NCBI RefSeq assembly: GCF_036588685.1
Contig: NC_086379.1
Location: forward strand, 31,868,001-31,932,000
Origin: Mytilus trossulus
Lineage: Eukaryota
Length of the DNA: 64,000 nucleotides
Reading direction: 5' to 3'
The notes beneath the pieces were generated by a model. That model did no database searches, had not been told where the DNA came from, and was given only the letters and a program-made list of their open reading frames with translations. A program made the position numbers and the translations under genes. Positions 38,201 through 50,700 of this stretch are shown piece by piece (position 1 is the stretch's first letter; every line of letters starts with the position of its first letter).

Positions 38201-40729
38201 ATCGTCATTTTAGGGTGTTCTCAAAATAAGTATGTTTTAACCGATAAAAATTAAATGTTGCTGATTCCTAATTAAAAACGATATTTTTGTATTAACACTT
38301 CTTCAATAAAATCACGAAAAAATCTATTTGAATAGTTTGCAAACAAACCATGCTCATCGTGAATATGGTCAGTTCTTTTTTCAATCTACGACGTCAACTA
38401 CCACGAAGAGAAACTATAAAAATCCGAAGGGACTGTTCATCGAATATAATCTGGAGAATCATATTGGTGATAAATGAAATGCCAAGAAGACTTCAAAATC
38501 ACAACGAAATACATAAAAACATGCAAGCAGCGACAATTCAAATTCTAACAATAACAATATAAGGCTGTGACACGATTTGAGTCATTACTATTCAAATTAC
38601 TAGTAATAAGTATCTTATTTCTTTTCTGAATAGATCATCCCCTTAGTGACCTATTATCTGAAAGTGGGGTTGTTGTAACAACAGGGGAAGGATGCACGTG
38701 TTCTGCTAATGGTTGCAACTGTTGCAAGACGATAACGATGAAAGGAATCACAAAGACAGGTATGTGTTTAACATCAAAAGAAAACAGACTCGAAAAAGTA
38801 AGATAACAAAATACTAAAAAAAACTCCGATGAAAATTCAAAAAGTCCAAAATCAAATGGCAAAATCAAAAGCTCACGCAAAAGGCATGCAGAAATGTTTG
38901 ATATCTATTATTCGGTATATTTAGATATCTTATTAAGATTAACATCTGATACAAATATTTAGCGACATGAGAAAATTGAAAAGTTAGTAAAATGTACAGG
39001 GGTTTTAATTTATTGAAGTGACACCGTAAGGACTAATACAAGTGAAGGTACACATGCTATTGGTGTTTTGTGTTTTTAAGTAATTTGTAAACGGAAAATA
39101 ACATAATCAGTTGAACTGAATTAAAATTATTTCTGTAATTAATTATCGTTATTATTTCTGTGAAAGACCATATTCAAGATACTTTGACGCTTTTCTTTCT
39201 TTTTAGTGTGTATTAATATGCACTACAAAGGATTGAACATCGACGTTAAACTCCAAGTTGACGGAAAAGTTTATTTTTCCAAGGAATTCGAAGGTATTTA
39301 TATGAAAATAGTTGGTAATAATTTATTTTGAGTTGTCTTAACCTTTTTTTGTGTAAATTCGATATTTTGAATGAAAATCGAACAGAGTGATACAGCTGAT
39401 TTAGTAATATGTTGGTTTTTTTTACGTTACGATACCCCGTATGTAGCGATAGAAATATTTCATATTACAGTTTTATACTTTTATATATATATATACACGA
39501 GTCTAAATTGAAAACTACGTCCAAACCTATGATTGCTTTGGATAAAAACCGCAATTTTTTTACGTGTGCATTTAAAACAAATTTCGTTGTAGAAGGGTCT
39601 AAAAACAGCACAAACAACATTTTCGAAAAGATCCAAAAAGTGAAAAAGTATATTTAAACAAAACGCATTTGACTAACAGGTCGAACAACTGATGTTCTTT
39701 AACCCTTCTTACTGCCATTGTCGATTGCTAAATAAAATTGATCACAAGATGCAACAAAATGGATCTTAATATAAATTTAATACTAAACAGAAAAAAATTT
39801 ACTTGTGGGCACGATGTTATGCCACAAACATAAGGTGTCAATATTTTTTTAGTACACCAGATCCGGATTTCGACAATAAATGTCTCTTCAGTGATGTTAG
39901 GGATCGAAACAGTATAAGGAAGGCCATATAAAAAGTACCCTCATTTTTAGATAAACTCTCAAATTTTAAGAGTCAATATAGGATGAACGGATCATATAAA
40001 CCGGAGGGAAAATATGATACAAGCCCAAACGAAAAAATAAACGAGTCTAAATTGAAAACTACGTCCAAACCTATGATTGCTTTGAATAAAAACCGCAATT
40101 TTTATGCGTATGCATGTAAAACAAATTTCGTTGTAGAAGGGTCTGAAAACAGCACAAACAACATTTTCCCAAAGATCAAAAAAGTGAAAAAGTTGTTTAA
40201 ACAAAACGCATTTGACTAACAGGTCGAACAACTGATGTTCTTTAACCCAGCTGACAAAAGAGACAGTAGATACCAATGAGAACATTTAAATCACACATTT
40301 TGAAGAAAAATTAACAACGTGCCGACAAAAAAAAAAGACGAAAAAACAAACAAGTCCCTGAAAAGCTACAAAAAACCCATAAAAAAACGTAGGTAAACCG
40401 GTGCTATCGAAACGAGCGACCAAAACTATTCTATTCTTAAAAGTAGTATTTATTTTTGATATAACACACATTTAATATTTATAGTCAAGAGTCCACTACC
40501 AAACATGTGTACAACCATTAGCCTCAAAGGAACATCTGTTAAGGTTTGCGTTCTGCTGACTGATTTCAAGATTGAAAGCAAAGATGTATCTGGATGTGTT
40601 GGTGCTTCCGCTTCAGCACTTGGTCAACATTACGACGTTAAAATCGGATGTTTCAAGATGTCACCTGCTCAGTACAGAATATTCAAATCGTCATACATCT
40701 TTGAAAGTGAAATAGATTATGCAAAATGA
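32296..40729 (+). CDS. Secreted Cys-rich DUF4773-like protein B (signal peptide + 2 tandem domains, ~314 aa)
   Basis: Exons 32296-32359 (MKTLAVLWVTLLLLVDLSFCL), 32597-32746 (CHCSGQSCNCC), 33161-33253, 37902-38081 (NPSPVC..LGCF), 38634-38759 (CTCSANGCNCC), 39207-39293 and 40485-40729 (..IGCF..). All introns are phase 1 and the total is 945 nt. Confidence 0.82.
33281..33611 (-). repeat. Short copy of the Penelope-like element 3' region
   Basis: Near-identical to 35211-35532 (aaaattgagaatggaaatggggaatgtgtcaaagagacaac...). Another copy lies in the opposite orientation at ~41665-41815. Confidence 0.75.
35211..37512 (-). mobile_element. 5'-truncated, frameshifted Penelope-like retroelement in intron 3 of gene B
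   Basis: Broken RT ORF: GDLNIV..KGPKYR..VPADKAANN / YWLPKLHKTPYKYRFI / QIIGIPMGTNCAPLIADLFLY..FRYLDD..FLDL. The thumb region continues to a stop at ~35709, followed by the common 3' repeat. Confidence 0.85.
35709..37512 (-). pseudogene. Penelope-like reverse transcriptase pseudogene
   Basis: ORF fragments 37150-37545, 36682-37014 and 36143-36721 are joined by stops and frameshifts. The catalytic motif is YLDD. Confidence 0.85.
39497..40249 (-). mobile_element. ~544-nt unit with ~210-bp direct terminal redundancy, carrying a second hammerhead family
   Basis: acgagtctaaattgaaaactacg... is repeated at 39497 and 40041, abuts (TA)n, and has a hammerhead between the repeats. An inverted partial copy lies at ~53925-54200, also next to (TA)n. 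Confidence 0.7.
39853..39898 (-). ncRNA. Minimal type-I hammerhead ribozyme, family 2
   Basis: Reverse strand reads ACAUCA-CUGAAGA-GACA(uuuau)UGUC-GAAA-UCCGGA-UC^-UGGUGU. Confidence 0.82.
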
Positions 40730-42016
40730 TATTTCCTGTCTTTAAGTACACACCAAAGTTTGTTCTCAATGTTGCAAACGAAAATGTTTCTTACAAATGA
40801 GTATTATGGTTTCGGTTGAGTATAATTGCAAAGAATATGTAATGTTTGATCATATAATGGTACAAAAATATTTACATTTAGATGCTTTCAAAACTTTTGT
40901 ACTTAGTGGTACTTTTGTCTAATTTCATTTTTAGCTAAAAGACTGAAATCGTAAATTTAAATAAAGATATTTAATTTTATTATCATGTTGGTCCTAATGT
41001 GAGTAGGAAAATATCAACTTCACAGAAAAATCTACTTCTTAATAACACAAAATATCAACAATTGAAGGAAAATTCATGTATTGATTGTGCTGAAGACAAT
41101 CTTAGAAGTAAGTACTGGATTCTGGTTGAAAAAATGTATTTTTTCCCCATAGATATACCCGTTTAAACTAAATTAAATTATGAAACCTTCAGTAAAAATC
41201 ATGTAAATCAGTTGAATGAAAAAAGCTATATACACATTTTTTGTATATTTTGTAATACTAATAATAGGAATGAATTTGAATATTATTTCTCCCATCAGAA
41301 AGACAAACTAGAAAATGGCCTAAGTTTGAGAATAGTTATCGTGGTCGACTTTGGAGACTAATATCAAACAATAACTTAAATTTTTAATAGTTTAAGATAA
41401 TGATCATGAGTTTTGCATATTTATCAGCTGTGACAACTGATATAAATATGGATTGATTTTATTGCATTTTTTTCAATACTTTATCAACTACTTCTTTTAA
41501 AAACAGACTTAAAACTGAGAAATGCAGACTTGCCTGTTTGTTTTAAACTTGCCTCTTCAACTTACATGATATTTTTATTATAGATTTTGTTTGTACATTA
41601 TACTTTGTATTGTTATTTGTTTATTTGTTTGTAATAAATATTCAATTTCTTATCCCCAACCGTTATATTTGTTTTGGGGCCATCTGAGGGACGCCTCCGG
41701 GTGCGGGAATTTATCGTTACATTGAAGACCTGTTGGTGACCTTCTGTTGTTGTTTTTTTCTGTGGTCGGGTTGTTGTCTCTTTGATACATTCCCCATTTC
41801 CATTCTCAATTTTATACACATCTTAACCTATTTCATGAAATTCCTGCATAAAACAACTAGTTCTTTTTATCACCGTTTTCACACGTCAATACTCGTCTTC
41901 CAAATAAACTTTATTACACAACTACATAATTACACAATGCAATTTGATTAATTGATATGGATATAATACAACGATTTTATCATAATTTGAAGTATAAGTA
42001 CAATAATTAAAATCTA

Positions 42017-42335
42017 GTATCTATGATGAGTGTATTTACAACCACTTGGTCGATACCACTGCTGGTGGAGATATATTTCACCGAGGTTATTACAAGCCCA
42101 CTGTTTACAAATTTTTGAATATTTTGAAATACTAAGGCTTTTCTACCTCAGGCATAGATTACCTCAGCTGTATTTGGCAAAACTTTAAGAAAATTTGGTC
42201 CTCTTCAACTTCGTACTTTATTTGGCCTTTTTAACTTTTTTGGATTCGAGCGTCACTGATGAGTCTTTTGTAGACGAAACGCACGTCTGGCGTATACTAA
42301 ATTTAGTCCTGGTATCTATGATGAGTGTATTTACA
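42017..42335 (+). mobile_element. Single permuted retrozyme-like monomer with hammerhead (42248-42295)
   Basis: Homologous to the 24.9-25.7 kb unit, with a 24-nt terminal redundancy gtatctatgatgagtgtatttaca. The core CUGAUGA..GAAA is intact. Confidence 0.78.
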
Positions 42336-43734
42336 TAAACAACCATGGAAAATTAGATGCTGTTATGTCAGAGTACAATAACGTTTCGCAGTTTTAATAC
42401 TATCAGGTACTGTGACCTCATTTGGAAATATTCTTGATTGATATTTTGTTCCCTTAATGTCTCGTGTCAAATATTGAATCCATAGCAAGGACGAGAACAA
42501 TTTCAGCAGCGCATATCAAGCATAGATTCAGAAAAAAAGACAACAGTAGTATACCACTGTTCAAAAGATTGATATACAAATCCGGGTTACAAACTGAAAC
42601 CAGGGGAAACAAATAAACTATAAAAGGAAAACAACGGAACAACAGAAACAAAGAAGTCCAAATAGCACAACACTCTCCTGTTCAGAGCTCTGAGTTGAAT
42701 TTCTCCATTTAATCTGGATCTGAATACTACTCCCAACAGGGATCTCACTGTACCATATTAATATTCTAGTCAACTATTCGTGTCAACCTATTTTCCTGCA
42801 TTAGATGTGCGTTTCGACCATAATATTTTTTCAGTGATGATTGCGCGAGGCGAAACAATTTGAAAATCCAAAACTTATTATCAAAATATAAAACTTATAA
42901 AAAATGACAAAAGGCATAGCCGAAACTGGACAAGGAACCGGAGCTTCGTATGAGGGAGATAACAGTATATGTATAACAGTTTGACTTTGTTTTTACATAC
43001 AACTGGCTTACTACTTTTCATTTCGCTTCAGTATCTGGTATTTTTCTTGTGTCATTATAATATGCAAAAAGACTTTTTTAAATTACAGAACTCCGAGTAA
43101 AATTCAAAACGGACAGTCCCTAGTCAAATTGCAAAATCAAAAGCTAAAAGACATCAAATGAATGGATAACAACTGATATTTCCTGACTTGGTTTAGGCAT
43201 TTTCTTAAGTAGAAAATTGCGTATTAAGCCTGGATTATAGGTAGCTAAATCTCTGACTTGTATGGCATCGTATAACATTCCATTTTATTGACAACAACGA
43301 TGTGTTGTCAAAATAAAACCACACAATATACAATGATGGGATGTATAAGTACCACGCCACGTGAAATGGATATTACCAAAAAAAGACCAAACAGTAAAAA
43401 TAATTATACAAAAAGACAAATAAAGGAACACTCTTACACGTTATAGAGTTGATAAACAACGTCAGTAACTAGAATCTATACTTCAAGACCATTGTGAAAT
43501 TGATACCAAAATATGATTTTTTTAGAATAAAAACGAGACGTCTTTTGACATACCCCTGGTTCACCAACTTGTACCTCAGACGCTTTCATTTGTTACTAAC
43601 ACCATAAATGTCCAAAAATAAAATATCTTGTCAGACAATTAAAGGTCGTTGATTAATCACTGTATATCTTGGTTTTAGAAATTTAACTGTAATTTTAAAT
43701 ACGAAAATATATTCCATTTCAAATATAGCTATGA

Positions 43735-44255
43735 TATAAAAAAGAAGATGTGGTATGATTGCCAATGAGACAACTATCCACAAAAAAACAAAAAGAAACA
43801 AACCTTGACAACTATAGGTCACCGTACTGCCTTTAACAATACGCAAAGCCCATACCGCAAAGTCAGCTATAAAAGGCCCCGATAAGATCATGTTAAACAA
43901 TTCAAACGAGAAAACTAACGGACTTATTTATGTAAAAAAAAAATGAACGAAAAACAAATATGTAACACATAAACAAACGACAACCACTGAACTACAGGCT
44001 CCTGGCTTGGGACAGGCACATACATAAATAATGTGGCGGGGTTAAACATGTTAGCGGGATCCCAACCCTCCCCCTAATCTGGGACGGTGGTATAACTCAA
44101 CAACATAAGAAAGAACTATAAAAAATCAGTTGAAAAAGGCTTTACTCATCAGATAGACAAAAAATACAAGTGGACGTGACCGGGTACTTATATACATCCC
44201 GACACAAAAAGACACAATAAACAGATCTGAGAGTACTCGCAGTTATCTGACAGCT
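43735..44255 (-). repeat. Dispersed retro-derived repeat (aagatgtggtatgattgccaatgagacaac family)
   Basis: Related fragments at ~5090-5240, 13705-13911, 15650-15790, 23530-23685, 28795-28980, 52632-53010 and 55530-55812. Confidence 0.65.
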
Positions 44256-44717
44256 ATGATGCTTTCTTCTACAATGTATATCAAAATGTTTTCCTAGATT
44301 TGAACAAGCAGGAAAACACGATATCATTGCATAAAATTCCGGAAAATTTTTGGATGAAATTATATGAGATAAATGAGCAACAAAATAACGTCAAAAAAGA
44401 TAACAATTTATTATTTGCATCACAAACCAAATTAAGTACGGACACAAGTCTTAAAATCATGTAACAAATATAAGTCTGTATACTTCAATTCTATAAAATC
44501 CTACTGTTGATCTCTATTGAGACACGATCACTAGTGGTGTCAAAAGATCATTTTTTTTTACTGTTCACCAGGAAAAATCATGATTGATTTCTCATGGTTA
44601 ACTGTATACAAAACTGTTATTAACATGTTGTTGCACTGTGTCTATCAGGTTTTTGGTTGTGTTAATTGCTATTGTGCGTGCAATTCCAAGGTTTACAGTT
44701 TTGTTGACTCTGGTAAC

Positions 44718-47700
44718 TTAACTGCTTCGTCGTTCCATAATCTCGTCATTCGATAAGACATTTGAAGAAACTACAAAAATAAAATGCACTGTTAAATATC
44801 ACTTAAACTCGTATTATTGATTGGTTGTTTTAAATTTTTGCTTATCGAGCAGAATTTCGTTTATATTCAAAACAGAAACGAGTAAACAATTAATCAACCT
44901 ATATTTTTATTAGTATTAGCGACAGTAGTTTGACAATGTTCTAATGTATACAACAAGGGCAACAGTATAGAATACCATTGTTCGAAAGTCAGAACTTGAT
45001 TGAGAGAAAACAAATCCGGGTCACAAACTAAAACCTAGGGAAACACATCAACTATAAGAGGAAAACAACGAAACATCAAAAACATCAAATAGCAACAAAA
45101 ACCAAATGACAATGAAAGACACACATATTCTGAAACGAATTATAAGATAACAAATGTCATTTCCTGACTTAATATTGGACATTTTTAGAAAAAATGATGG
45201 ATTGAACCTGGTTTAGTGGCTAGCCAAACCTCGCGCTTTTACAAAAAAGAGGCACAAGGTAACAAAGTGGCAATCACACCCATAAATCGAAAATAAACTG
45301 GATAAAAATTAAAGTTGGAAAATAATTAGAGTTTCAGCTTCCAAGTTGAGTTTCTGAGTTTATCAATCAGATTCATTGTAGATAATGGTCATGAATGTGG
45401 AAAAAGGATTGGGTTGTGTCTTTGCAAAATTGGAAACATACACTCAGAAGTATCTTTACGAAAGAAAACGACTAAAATCGACACTATTTAAATATAACCG
45501 TCGTCATTACGTATTTGTGGCAGATACGTTGTGTTGGTGTATCAACTCACTAGCCACTGATTACAGCGGTCCTACTCCTTTATATATGAGAAAAGCCATA
45601 TGTTCATCTTTTGCAGGTGTTGTTTGAAGTTAAATATTGAAAGTTTACCTGATGGCATTGCTTTTGTCGTAGTCGTTTTCTTAGATAAAACTATTACGTT
45701 GCAATTTTTTTTCGTTCCTTAATATGAAAGTTTACCCAACGTAAGTTTTCTTCTTGATTTTATCTTATAAAGGTTATCAAATAAAAACGTATCTGCTCAG
45801 TTACATAAAACGTTTTTCTAGATGGTTAATGTTATAATTTCATTTAATTGTGACTAGGCTCTGCTTACATTATTTACTTTTTTACTTAATTAATTTGAAG
45901 TTAAAATGAAAGATTAAGATTAGTAAAAAAATTAAGAAAAAAAAATACATGCTATTTACAAGTTTATGTGTGGTAAGTTCTAGTCGAGATATAACTTGCA
46001 GTTTCAAGCTGGTGTATTACACTGTTATTTCCCCGTGCAGGTTTCCAACTCACAACCTCTGTATACACACTAGTGATACAATGGGTGATTTAATTGAACC
46101 ATTCGGCCACCGATTTCGACTTTTGTTGAATAATAACTATGATCCTTACAGATCAAATGTGGTGAAGATCCTATATACTATCCCTAGAAATTTTCAATAC
46201 TAGTATTATATTGTGTTTACATACTTTTTCTCCAGAAGACGTTCGAGATCGTAGAGTCGGTGTTAAATCATCGCCTGTCTGAGAAAAAAAAATTGAATAG
46301 ATATTAGATAAATAAAGGCAACAGTGGAAAATTCTGTTCAAGAGCCATTAAGCGATTTGGCGAAAAACAAATCCGGGTCACAAATCAAACGCGAGGGAAA
46401 CATATAAACTATAAGAGGAAAACTACGAGACAACAGAAACACTGAACTGCTACAAAAAAAACCGCCAACAAACGAAGAAACGAAATATTTAATAACTATT
46501 CCCAGAAAATATATATTAGGCGGAAAATGATATAAAATGTGTTTACTTCATCCTGGATATTTACTAATCAAAAGGTCACGCTTATTGACTATTCTCATCT
46601 TTCGACAGCACTATAATGATTTCGACATTTAACTCGGTTGTCTCTGAAATAATAATGAATGTAACAATTTTCACAAACAAATAATTCATAGGGAGACAAC
46701 GGTAAAATCACAAAAATACTGAACTCCGAGGAAAATTCGATCGGGGTTAGTCCCTAATCAAATGGCAAAATTGCAGAAAATGGTGGATTGAACCTGGTTT
46801 TATAACGCTAATCCTCTCACTTGTAAGATAGATGCATCAAATTCCATTAAATTGACAAAGATGCGTGAACAAAAATGTCAAAAATAGGGGCACTACAACA
46901 CGAACTCCACCTAAAACTGGGGGGATTTCAGGTGCTGCTCGACACGTGGCACCCGTCGTGTTGCTCATGTTATTAATAAGTCGGTAAATAGACTTAATAC
47001 GGTAGGTCATAATCGTGAAAAGGGAACTGGATTGTGGTTACGACATAAGAAACATATACGATATCATCTGTATGACGGATATTTCACACAAGATACCAAA
47101 AGAACATTCAAACTCATTAGACGAAAATAAACTGACAATGTCATGGTTTAGAATAAAAACCAACAGACAAACAATATTACACAAAACACACACCATAGAA
47201 AACTTAAGACTGAGCAATACGAACCCAATCAAAAACCGGATATGATCTAAGGTGATATGGAAGGGTAAGTAGATACTGCTCTACGTATTACAACCTTATA
47301 GCTACCTGCTATCCAGCTTCTCTTGAAACATCTAGCTTAAAATTGAATAGCATTTTTCAAAACTATTTCAAAAACACTTCACAATGGGCTTTGAGAGATC
47401 CATTATATAGAAGAAAAAGCAAAACGCGTGATAATCAAAATTAAAAAAAAACGCTTTCACTCCAATCTTTCCAATGTTTCGACAAGAATTGTAGAATATC
47501 GATGGTATGCCCTTACCTTTTCTAATGTATCAGTTATGCTACCAGAACAATCATCTGTCCATTCTCCAGAATCTAATTGTTGAAACAGAAAAATATATAC
47601 ATGTATGTATAGTGCAGTATGTCGTAATTTGTCATGAACCGTATTTTGAAAATGTCATAGTTTTTGCACATATTATAGTTTTCTACCACCTTATTTCAGT

Positions 47701-50700
47701 AAAAAATTATTTGTTTGCATCCTAGGGTATTTAATTATGGTTGTTATTGAAATAAAGAAACGGTTGTTTTGTGACCGTCATTATTCATAGAATAAGGATC
47801 TTTGATTATGTCTTTTAATTATTCGCAAACTTTTGAAGAATCTTTGTTAATGCAGATATTTGTTAATGCAGATAGTTCAAAGTAATGTTTCCAAGATAAA
47901 ACAGTATATCATTTACATTTTCTTAATCATGCTTCAAGAAACGGTATTCTAACTCAGTCTCACCTTGCGACACTTTTGAACGTCGGTCTGAGTTGATCCT
48001 CCGCTTTTCTCGTATACTAACATTGGCATAAGGGTAGTCGAGCTGTAAAATATTTTCCAGTTTTAATCAATTTGTTTAACTATGCTCTATCACTCACACA
48101 TTATTTGTACTAATATTCTCGAACTGAATCATTATGTGTTATAGTAGTACAACTACTTATATAATTTGTCCTACATTAATGTGAATGAGAAGTGTCGGCA
48201 GACCTTTTTCGCGCGTGACACCATCGTGCTACTGTAAATTACGATGTCGAGTAATATCAATTAGACACAGTAATGTCGTAGGGTATTTCTTTTTGACGAT
48301 AAATGTAAGTTTAAAAATTCGTTAAAACGCTTTTTATCAATATTTCTAAAAGGTTACCGTAGTGTACTACTTTTGGGACAAATCATATTGTCATCACAGA
48401 AGACTTCATTGGCAAAAAACTCAAAATATGGACAATTTCACTTTCAAGGGGTTATGAATTCTGATTCACAGTTGCAGACATAACTGGACAAACTCACTAC
48501 TTTACTTCAAAATTGATGACCAAAGTTTATTTTCATTGTAATGAAAGCCTAATTAAGGCATAAAATCCAAAGAAATATGTTTGGAAGTATAAATAAAGGC
48601 AACAGTAGTATACTACTGTTCAAAACTCATGAATCCATGGACAAAAAAAACAAAATCGGGGTTACAAACCAAAACCGAGGAAAACGCATTAAATACAAGA
48701 GGAGAACAACGACACAACATCAAAATGCAACACACTAAAACGGACCAAGCACCAGACAAAATCCCACAGACAAACGTGTTTAAGCATCGCACAATAGCCG
48801 ATTTGTTATGCACTCTTACACTTACACTAACACAACACCGAATGTGAAAACCATCGATTTAGATCTTTTTAAACCCAAAACCGTGACCGAATAAATCATT
48901 TTTTTACAAGACTGTAACCGATAATAGCAGTACAGATACTTTTAAGAGCATCACACATCCCTTTTAAAGAAAATAAGTGTGGATTTTATGTGCCCCTGAA
49001 GGGTAAGCAGATCTTTCTCCCCATGTGGTCCCTATCATTTTGTTCTTGTTAGTACAAATTGAGTTACAAATCTCTTGTGGTGATGCCACGATCGAGAAAA
49101 AGAGGACTTGGTTGTTGTTGCAACAAAAGGAACATCTTAATCGTCCGTAAAACAGATATTCCATGACGGTTAACAATCTCGTGATGTCTTCCCTTCCCAC
49201 AAATTAGCACTTTGTACCCTTGATTGGATAGTTAGCATGTTAGTAACAACCTTTCTTTGATGATTATAGGAATGACAAACACTAGAATATCGTATCAATT
49301 GGATATATACCATATATGATGGTGCTGCTGGAATGTTTCTACATATAAATGGGAGATTTATTATTCAAACAAAGGCAACAGTAGTATACCTTAATCCATG
49401 GACAAAAAACAAAATCGGGGTAACAAACTAAAACCTAGGGAAACGCATTAAGTATAAGCGGAGAACAACGACACAACACTAAAATGTAACATACACAGAA
49501 ACGGACCAAGCATCAGACAAAATCTCACGCGAATAACAAATATAACATTAAAACCAAATACATGAATAAGCTGAAACCCCTCGTTTGTGGTCAAGTTCTG
49601 TTTTCAACTGACCTTTAATGTCAATTTTTAGAAGAAGTTAAGTCATTATATGTAGCATACTTAACTATTGTGCGGTATCGTGTATTCGAAATTCGAGGGG
49701 ATATTTAATTATTTACTGGGAGACGATGATTATTTACAAAGCAAAACCTGATTTAACGGACAAAATTAGCTTTTCTCATTTGCCTCCTGAAAAGCGCCTG
49801 TACACGTGTAGTCTGTATCGTGTATAATGGATAACGTCGGCAATATGAGGAACACAGTTGGTTAAAATATGCATGAATGTCTATTCTTAGTTGAAAACAT
49901 GTCCTCAGTAAAACGTAAATGTTTTTTAGGAATATTAATTTACTTGAATTATGAAAAGTTTAAATAGGATATTCAAGGTACTGTATATGTTTTATAAACA
50001 CTTACTGATACATCAGATAATTGACTACTTCTTCTTGGTAAAACTGGTTTGTCCTTCTCTAAAGAATGAAACAAATATATTTTACATTGTTAAAAATATC
50101 ATACATATTTTTACAATAACAAGTCTGGAATTTTTATAGCAGAAAAGTTTTTAAAATGTTGCTATAGAAATAAACAATAACAGGTAGGTTTCGTAATGAT
50201 AGAATGAAAGCGCGAGTGACCTCAATGAGACTGCACGAAAAAGACACAATTACACTGAATATATGGAGATTCCCAGTTTATGTTCAGTAATATACATATA
50301 CTAGCACCTATATTAATGGTCAAACTCCAAATAGCCTTGCGTTTAGACAAGTAATAAATAATCCAAAAACGATATCAAATGTTTGACACATCCACCCAGT
50401 TCTCAATAGACTGAACCCCCGACAGACGCTTAAACATGCTGAAGGAAGATGTGAAATAAAAATGCGCATCTGGTGCAAGAAAATTGGTACCGTTAATTTT
50501 ATTATGGAACAATACCCCAACGAAAAAAAATAGACATCAATGAGACAGTTACCCATCAAATAAAAGTACCAGCAAACCAAAACCTAAGAAGTCAACATAC
50601 AGTTTTCGACAACAGGTTGACATGTACATTATATGTCGCGCTCTAAATAGACCGAGTCTAATGAAGATGTAAAAAAAAATAAGCAAATGCAATCAAATAT

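Noticed and set aside
42800-42842. Additional hammerhead on the minus strand
   Set aside because: The core (CUGAAAA) and stem II are degenerate, so it is a relic only.
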